DNA of 64,000 bases from Synechococcus sp. UW140. GTDB taxonomy: Bacteria > Cyanobacteriota > Cyanobacteriia > PCC-6307 > Cyanobiaceae. Below the pieces are notes generated by a model. It was given only the letters and a program-made list of their open reading frames with translations. It was not told the origin of the DNA and ran no database searches. The stretch lies in assembly GCA_943369455.1 (NCBI GenBank), contig CALRND020000007.1, positions 115,388 to 179,387 of the forward strand. Reading direction: 5' to 3'. A program made the translations under genes and the position numbers. Positions 58,589 to 64,000 of the stretch are shown here, in pieces (the first letter of the stretch is position 1; every line of letters starts with the position of its first letter).

Positions 58589-59704
58589 ATGGATTCCGAG
58601 CTGCTGCAATCCCGGCTGGAGACCGCCTGCCGCACCTTCCAGACCCTGGAGCGCCAGCTGGCGGATCCGGCCGTGGCCTCCGACCCGGTCCGGCTGCAGG
58701 CGATCGCCCGGGAACGGGCGCGGCTGGAGCCCCTGGTCAACGACTACCAGCGGCTGCGCAAGCTGGAGCAGGAACGGGAGGAGGCCCGCGCCCTGCTGCG
58801 GGCCCACCGCGACGACCCCGCAGGCGAGGAACTGGCGGCCCTGGCCAGTGAGGAGCTGGTGAGCCTCGAGGCCCTGATCAGCACCCTCAACGGCCGCCTC
58901 ACCCTGAGCCTGCTGCCCACGGATCCCCGCGACGAGCGCAGCGTGATGCTGGAGATCCGCGCCGGTGCCGGCGGCGATGAGGCCAGCCTCTGGGCGGGAG
59001 ATCTGGCCCGCATGTACGAGCGCTACGCCCAGGGCCAGGGCTGGCAGGTGCAGCCGGTGAGCGCCTCGGAGGCCGATCTCGGGGGCTACAAGGAGCTGAT
59101 CCTCGCCATTCGCGGCGACGGGGTCTATAGCCGGCTCAAGTTCGAGGCGGGCGTGCATCGGGTGCAGCGGGTCCCGGCCACCGAATCCCAGGGGCGGGTG
59201 CACACCTCCACCGCCACCGTGGCGGTGATGCCCGAGGCCGACCCGGTGGAGGTGCAGATCGACCCCGGGGATCTGGACATCAGCACGGCCCGCTCGGGGG
59301 GCGCCGGCGGCCAGAACGTCAACAAGGTGGAGACGGCGGTCGACCTGCTGCACAAGCCCACCGGCATCCGGGTGTTCTGCACCCAGGAACGCTCCCAGCT
59401 GCAGAACCGGGAGCGGGCCATGGAGATCCTGCGGGCCAAGCTCTACGAGCGCCAGCTGGCGGAAGCGAACGCTGCCGAGCGTTCCGTGCGCCGCGCCCAG
59501 GTGGGCAGCGGCGACCGCAGCGAGAAGATCCGCACCTACAACGCCAAGGACAACCGGGTGACCGATCACCGTCTGGGGCGGAACTTCTCCCTCGAGCCCG
59601 TGCTGGCCGGCCAGATCGAGGACCTGATCGGGGCCTGCATCGCCGAGGAGCAGCGGCAGGGTCTGGAGGCCCTCGCCCTCGAGGCCACCGGAACCGGGGG
59701 CTGA
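58589..59704 (+). CDS. prfA: Peptide chain release factor 1
   Basis: PAT tripeptide ([10 protein letters not shown]) and GGQ ([16 protein letters not shown]). Start ATG 58589. Confidence 0.95.
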   Translation: MDSELLQSRLETACRTFQTLERQLADPAVASDPVRLQAIARERARLEPLVNDYQRLRKLEQEREEARALLRAHRDDPAGEELAALASEELVSLEALISTLNGRLTLSLLPTDPRDERSVMLEIRAGAGGDEASLWAGDLARMYERYAQGQGWQVQPVSASEADLGGYKELILAIRGDGVYSRLKFEAGVHRVQRVPATESQGRVHTSTATVAVMPEADPVEVQIDPGDLDISTARSGGAGGQNVNKVETAVDLLHKPTGIRVFCTQERSQLQNRERAMEILRAKLYERQLAEANAAERSVRRAQVGSGDRSEKIRTYNAKDNRVTDHRLGRNFSLEPVLAGQIEDLIGACIAEEQRQGLEALALEATGTGG

Positions 59705-59738
59705 GGGGGAGATGGAGCCGACGACGACGCGGGGCGGA

Positions 59739-60239
59739 TCAGGCGCCGATGACGTACTTGGCCCACTCCTGGTGCTGGCCGGAGCGGATGCGGCGATTGG
59801 CCTCGAAGCTCAGGCTGCCCAGGGGCCGACGGGGCTCCCGGGCCAGGGGCATGCCCGCCTCCCGCGGGGTGCGGCTGCCCTTGCGCACGTTGCAGGGCAG
59901 GCAGGCGGTGGTGACGTTCTCCCAGACATCGGTGCCGCCGCGGCTGCGGGGCACCACATGGTCGATGGAGAGCTGCTCACCGTTGTAGCCGCAGTACTGG
60001 CAGGCGTGGCCGTCGCGATGGAAGACGTTGCGGCGGGTGAGGGGGAGCGGCTTGTAGGGCACCCGCACGAACTGGCGCAGCCGGATGACCGTGGGCAGGA
60101 AATGGTCCGGACGGATTGCCCGCTCGGGGTCGTGCTCGAGCCCCTCGGCCTTGCCCTTGAGCAGCATCACCATGGCGCGCCGCCAGGTGGTGATGTTCAG
60201 CGGTTCGTAGGACGCATTCAGAACGAGTACGTGGCCCAT
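59739..60239 (-). CDS. HNH endonuclease family protein
   Basis: HVLVLNASYEPLNITTWRRAMVMLLKGKAE..RDGHACQYCGYNGEQLSIDHVVPRSRGGTDVWENVTTACLPCNVRKG. Confidence 0.85.
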   Translation of the reverse strand: MGHVLVLNASYEPLNITTWRRAMVMLLKGKAEGLEHDPERAIRPDHFLPTVIRLRQFVRVPYKPLPLTRRNVFHRDGHACQYCGYNGEQLSIDHVVPRSRGGTDVWENVTTACLPCNVRKGSRTPREAGMPLAREPRRPLGSLSFEANRRIRSGQHQEWAKYVIGA

Positions 60240-60313
60240 TCCCGTCCGCGGGATACGCGGCATGCTAACGGGATTCCCATGATTTCCATGGTCCACTCCC
60301 TGCGGCGGCGCCC

Positions 60314-61537
60314 ATGACCACCTCTTCGCTCGCCACCACCAGCGTGACGGAGGAGACCCAGCCGTCGCGGCAGCGGGCCTGGGTGGAGGTGAATACCGCG
60401 GCCATCCAGGCCAACGTGCGGGCCCTGCAGCGCCACATCGGTCCGGCCACCCAGCTGATGGCGGTGGTCAAGGCCGACGCCTATGGCCACGGCGCCCTGG
60501 CGGTGGCCCGCGCCTCCCTGGAGGCGGGGGCGGCCTGTTTCGGGGTTGCCACCCTGGCCGAAGGGCTGCAGCTGCGCCGCGCCGGCATCTCCGCTCCGGT
60601 GCTGGTGCTCGGCAACCTCACCCAGCCCGAGGAACTGCGCAGCTGCCTGCGCTGGCAGCTGATGCCGACCCTCAGCAGCATGCGGGAGGCCCTGCTCTGC
60701 CAGAACCTGGCCAGCGGCAGCGGCCGACCCATGACCGTGCAGCTGAAGCTGGACACCGGCATGGCCCGCCTCGGCGCCGACTGGCAGGAGGGGCCCAGGC
60801 TGGTGGCGGCCCTGCAGGGCATGGAAGCCATCGAGCTGGCGGGCCTCTACTCCCATCTGGCCTGCGCCGATGCCGTTCCCGGGGAGGACGAGGGCCTCAA
60901 CGCGCTCCAGCAGCAGCGCTTCGAGACGGTCCTCACCAGCCTGGCCGAACAGGGCCTGGCGGCCGGTTGCCGTCACCTCGCCAATTCGGCGGCCACCCTG
61001 CGGGGGCACGGACAGCATTACGACCTGGTCCGGGTGGGGCTGGCCCTCTACGGCCAGGCTCCTGCGGCCCACCTGGACGGCGTGGTCCCCCTGCGGCCGG
61101 CGCTGCAGATCCACGCCCGCGTCACCCTGCTGCGCCAGGTGGGGGCGGGGGTCGGCGTCAGCTACGGCCACCGTTACCGCACCAGCCGGCCCAGCCGGCT
61201 GGCGGTGGTGTCGATCGGCTACGCCGACGGGGTGCCCCGCCAGCTCTCCAACCGCATGGACGTCCTCTTCGAGGGCCGGCGCCTGCCCCAGGTGGGCGCC
61301 ATCACCATGGACCAGCTGGTGATCGACGCCACCGAGGCCCCCGGCATGGAGGTGGGCAGCATGGTCACCCTGCTGGGCGAACAGGAGGGGGAGACCATCA
61401 GCCCCCTCGACTGGAGCGAGCGCTGCGGCACCATCCCCTGGGAGATCCTCTGCGGCTTCAAGCACCGACTGCCGCGTCTGGCCGTGCCCCCGGATCCGGG
61501 GGCACCCCTGCCGCCGGGGCCCGAGTCCGAGCCCTGA
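60314..61537 (+). CDS. alr: Alanine racemase
   Basis: AWVEVNTAAIQANVRAL..LMAVVKADAYGHGA (PLP lysine)..VSYGHRY..GYADG. Confidence 0.9.
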   Translation: MTTSSLATTSVTEETQPSRQRAWVEVNTAAIQANVRALQRHIGPATQLMAVVKADAYGHGALAVARASLEAGAACFGVATLAEGLQLRRAGISAPVLVLGNLTQPEELRSCLRWQLMPTLSSMREALLCQNLASGSGRPMTVQLKLDTGMARLGADWQEGPRLVAALQGMEAIELAGLYSHLACADAVPGEDEGLNALQQQRFETVLTSLAEQGLAAGCRHLANSAATLRGHGQHYDLVRVGLALYGQAPAAHLDGVVPLRPALQIHARVTLLRQVGAGVGVSYGHRYRTSRPSRLAVVSIGYADGVPRQLSNRMDVLFEGRRLPQVGAITMDQLVIDATEAPGMEVGSMVTLLGEQEGETISPLDWSERCGTIPWEILCGFKHRLPRLAVPPDPGAPLPPGPESEP

Positions 61538-61555
61538 TAAGCTCGCTGGGCCACT

Positions 61556-61644
61556 GGAGAGGTGGCTGAGTGGTTGAAAGCGGCTCCCTGCTAAGGAGTT
61601 ACAGGAGGCAACTTCTGTCGAGGGTTCGAATCCCTCCCTCTCCG
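61556..61644 (+). tRNA. tRNA-Ser (GCU)
   Basis: GGAGAGG acceptor, anticodon loop CUGCUAA, long variable arm, T arm GAGGG-UUCGAAU-CCCUC. No encoded CCA. Confidence 0.85.
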
Positions 61645-61647
61645 TTC

Positions 61648-61713
61648 CAGGCCCTTCCATGGGCCGACCCCAAGGCCCTTCCATGGGCCCGATCCCCAGG
61701 TCCTTCCGGGGCC
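61648..61713. repeat. Three tandem about 23-26-nt units, each with an internal GGCCC..GGGCC palindrome
   Basis: CAGGCCCTTCCATGGGCC (61648-61665), CAAGGCCCTTCCATGGGCC (61671-61689), CAGGTCCTTCCGGGGCC (61697-61713). Confidence 0.7.
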
Positions 61714-61716
61714 CCC

Positions 61717-61745
61717 GTCGCCAGGTCCACTCAGAGCCTGGCGAC
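61717..61745. terminator. Perfect 9-bp hairpin between convergent tRNA-Ser and a membrane-protein gene
   Basis: GTCGCCAGG-(11 nt)-CCTGGCGAC. The loop contains the stop codon of the minus-strand gene. No clear U-tract. Confidence 0.35.
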
Positions 61746-62381
61746 TCCGCTCCAGCCCAGGTAGAGCGCGAACAGAAAACACAGACCGCCATTGATCTGT
61801 CCCTGGTGGGCCAGGGTCCAGTGGCAGAGCTGATCGAGGCGGGCCCGCCCCCAGGCCCCCGTGAGCGCGAGGACCAGCGGCGGCAGCAGCGACGGCGCCA
61901 GGGTGACCAGGCTCACCAGCAGCACCAGGGCGGCCAGGGGGCCCGCCGCCAGGCCGGAACGGGCCAGGTCCTGCAGCGCCGGCAGGTAGAGCACCAGGGA
62001 GGTGAGGTTGCCCGCCATCAGGACGATCCCCAGCCCGAAGGATCGGCCCATGGACGGCCCCCCCGGGGCCGGGGATGCCGTCACCCCTTCGCGGTGCAGG
62101 GCCCGGGCGCCGATGGCGAGCAGCACGGCGGCCAGGACCAGCCGGACGCCGGCGGACACCGGATCGGCGCCGGCGATGGGACGCGACGGCAGGGATCCTC
62201 CCGAGCCCAGCCCCACCAGCGCCCAGGCCACCACCACGACGGCGTTGCCGGCGACGTAGGCCCAGCTCTGGCGCACCCCTGAGCCCGGAGCGGTGAGGGT
62301 GCGCATCTGTCCCACCAGCAGCATCGGGCTCACCGCCGCCCCCAGGGCGAGGGGAACCACATCAAGGGGTGGGGACGTCAC
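61731..62381 (-). CDS. Polytopic membrane protein (GAP/Sap-like)
   Basis: GTG 62381 start chosen to avoid overlap with the upstream gene. Multiple hydrophobic helices (LDVVPLALGAAVSPMLLVGQ..). Confidence 0.55.
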   Translation of the reverse strand: MTSPPLDVVPLALGAAVSPMLLVGQMRTLTAPGSGVRQSWAYVAGNAVVVVAWALVGLGSGGSLPSRPIAGADPVSAGVRLVLAAVLLAIGARALHREGVTASPAPGGPSMGRSFGLGIVLMAGNLTSLVLYLPALQDLARSGLAAGPLAALVLLVSLVTLAPSLLPPLVLALTGAWGRARLDQLCHWTLAHQGQINGGLCFLFALYLGWSGVARL

Positions 62382-62391
62382 TGGGGCGGGG

Positions 62392-63324
62392 TCAGGTGTC
62401 CAGCAGGGCGGCGGCGATGGCCGGCAGCAGGGCCTCGTCGGCGGCCCGGGCCCGACCCTCGCTGAAGACCACCAGCAGCATCGGCGCCCTCCCGTCCACC
62501 TCCACATAGGCGGCGTCGTGGCGCGCCTGGCTCATCCAGCCGGCCTTGCTCCACAGCCGGGCCCCCTCGGGCAGGCCGGCCCCGAGAAAGCCATCCACCT
62601 GGTTCTCGGGATCGGCGGCCCGGGCCTGGGGGTCGAGGGAACGGCGCAGCAGCGCCGTCATGCGGCGGCAGGCCGGGGGGGAGACCGCCGCTCCGGCCAT
62701 CACGGCGTGCAGCAGGCGGGCCGTGACATCGGTGCTGAGGCGGTTGCGATTCTCCAGCTGGGCACCGTAGAAGTCCCGTTCGCGGCCATAGGGGCCCTCC
62801 GCCCAGGTCTTCTGGCAGGCGTTCACCCCTGCCATCTCGCTCCAGCCGAGGCGGGCCAGCCAGTCGTTGACCACCTGGCGCTGGCGACACCAGGCGGCAT
62901 GCCGTTCCGGCGGCAGGGACGGACCGCTGGTGGTGCCACTGAGCAGATCCACCACCAGGCTGGTGGCATCGTTGCCCGAATCGCGCACCATGTCGGCCAG
63001 GGCCCGGCGCAGCTCCGGTCCGTCCTCGATCAGCTGGCGCTGCAGCCAGGCTTCGGCCGCCACCAGGTAGACCAGCTTCACGACGCTGGCGGGATAGCGG
63101 GGCGTCGGGCCCGCCCAGGAGGCGCCGGTCACCGTCCGGCCCCAGAACTCCTCCTGGCCCAGGCCCTCGGCCCCGCCCACCAGGGAGTCGCCGTAGCGGA
63201 GCCAGGTGACGGAGAGCTGCTCCCCCAGCCCCGGGCGCCCGTCCTCCTCCAGTCGGCCGATCAGCTGGCGCAGGGCCTCGCCCATGGCCGGATCCGGGCT
63301 GTAGAACGCCATCAGCGGCGGCAC
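62392..63324 (-). CDS. Class A beta-lactamase-related serine hydrolase
   Basis: SVVK (SxxK), SGND (SxN), KAGW (KxG) in the canonical order. Confidence 0.7.
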   Translation of the reverse strand: MPPLMAFYSPDPAMGEALRQLIGRLEEDGRPGLGEQLSVTWLRYGDSLVGGAEGLGQEEFWGRTVTGASWAGPTPRYPASVVKLVYLVAAEAWLQRQLIEDGPELRRALADMVRDSGNDATSLVVDLLSGTTSGPSLPPERHAAWCRQRQVVNDWLARLGWSEMAGVNACQKTWAEGPYGRERDFYGAQLENRNRLSTDVTARLLHAVMAGAAVSPPACRRMTALLRRSLDPQARAADPENQVDGFLGAGLPEGARLWSKAGWMSQARHDAAYVEVDGRAPMLLVVFSEGRARAADEALLPAIAAALLDT

Positions 63325-63330
63325 CTTGCG

Positions 63331-64000
63331 ATGGCGACCTTAGGCACCCTGCCGGCGCCGGGCCGTGTCTGGACCCTGACCCGGCCGCTGCCGGCCTACA
63401 GCCGGCCGCAGGGCCCGGGGCTGGCCACCGAGATCCACGCGGGCCGGTGCCTGACGGTGCTGGCCGCCGCCCCCGCACCCGCCGGCGGCGAAACCCGCCT
63501 GCGGGTGCGGCTGCACGAGGACGGCTACCCCTGCTGGGTGGACGCGGCGGCCCTGGAGACCAACGGGCACCCCACGACGTCGCCGCCGCCGTTGCCCCGC
63601 CTCGATCGCGACCGGATCGCCGCCCGCCTGGAGGCGGTGCTGGCCTTTGCCGAGGTCGCCCGGCAGCCCCCCAACCGCTACCTCTGGGGGGGCACCCTCG
63701 GGCCCGACTACGACTGCTCGGGGCTGGTGCAGACCGCCTTCGCGCAGGTCGGCATCTGGCTGCCCCGCGACGCCTACCTGCAGGAGCGCTTCTGCCGCCC
63801 GGTGGCCGTCGCCAGCGGCGTCACCCACCTGCTGCTGCCGGGGGATCTGATCTTCTTCGGCACCCCGCGGCGCTGCACCCACGTGGCCCTGCACCTGGGC
63901 CGCGGCCGCTACCTGCACAGCTCCGGGCGCCAGCACGGCCGCGACGGCATCGGCATCGACGACCTGAATCCCCGCAACCGGGATCCGGTGGCGTGCCACT
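63331..64000 (+). CDS. NlpC/P60 family peptidase with SH3-like N-terminal region (3' end outside window)
   Basis: Translated by hand from ATG 63331: ..YLWGGTLGPDYDCSGLVQTAFAQVGIWLPRDAYLQ..GDLIFFG..THVALHLGRGRYLHSSG. Open to the window end, so absent from the ORF track. Confidence 0.75.
   Translation, partial: MATLGTLPAPGRVWTLTRPLPAYSRPQGPGLATEIHAGRCLTVLAAAPAPAGGETRLRVRLHEDGYPCWVDAAALETNGHPTTSPPPLPRLDRDRIAARLEAVLAFAEVARQPPNRYLWGGTLGPDYDCSGLVQTAFAQVGIWLPRDAYLQERFCRPVAVASGVTHLLLPGDLIFFGTPRRCTHVALHLGRGRYLHSSGRQHGRDGIGIDDLNPRNRDPVACH

Noticed and set aside
61648-61713. Tandem repeats after tRNA-Ser considered as a mini CRISPR array.
   Set aside because: Only three units, the period is about 23-26 nt with essentially no spacers, and no cas genes are present. 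Reported as a plain repeat instead.

Overview
Overview: this is high-GC (about 70 % by spot counts) picocyanobacterial chromosome, Synechococcus/Cyanobium-like. That assignment rests on ndhN, ycf45, an ldpA-like gene, Uma2 nucleases and the gene order.

Core region (15.5-64 kb): ordinary conserved genes.
- selO, a class III nucleotide cyclase translationally coupled to a cNMP-gated MscS channel, corA, tyrA, recA, tRNA-Gln and ndhN.
- The complete rplC-to-rplQ ribosomal/secY/adk/rpoA cluster, followed by truA, rplM, rpsI, rpmE, prfA, alr and tRNA-Ser.

Accessory region (first 15.5 kb): a hotspot built on two decayed host genes, an HNH-HIT fusion and a PLD-nuclease/SF2-helicase/DUF3427 gene.
- Fragments of each host gene occur three times.
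- The fragments are separated by cargo cassettes: two PIN toxin-antitoxin pairs, a DUF433 antitoxin with a toxin stub, an MNT/HEPN pair and a DUF3883 gene.

Main candidate for an undescribed system (about 3.0-10.26 kb): between the two host genes lies a sharply AT-richer island (about 43-53 % G+C by spot counts) with no integrase or transposase. It carries one tightly coupled three-gene operon on the minus strand:
- an intact C5-cytosine DNA methyltransferase;
- a divergent thymidine-phosphorylase/glycosyltransferase-family-3 protein;
- a 1,221-aa protein combining a zinc ribbon, a eukaryotic-like kinase core, a P-loop NTPase and a C-terminal pair of Rossmann-like repeats with CARF-like loops.

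I do not recognise this combination as any described R-M, BREX/Pgl, DISARM, Dnd/Ssp, Dpd or Detocs composition.

Limits: all domain calls come from reading motifs in the supplied translations. No database search or structure prediction was possible.
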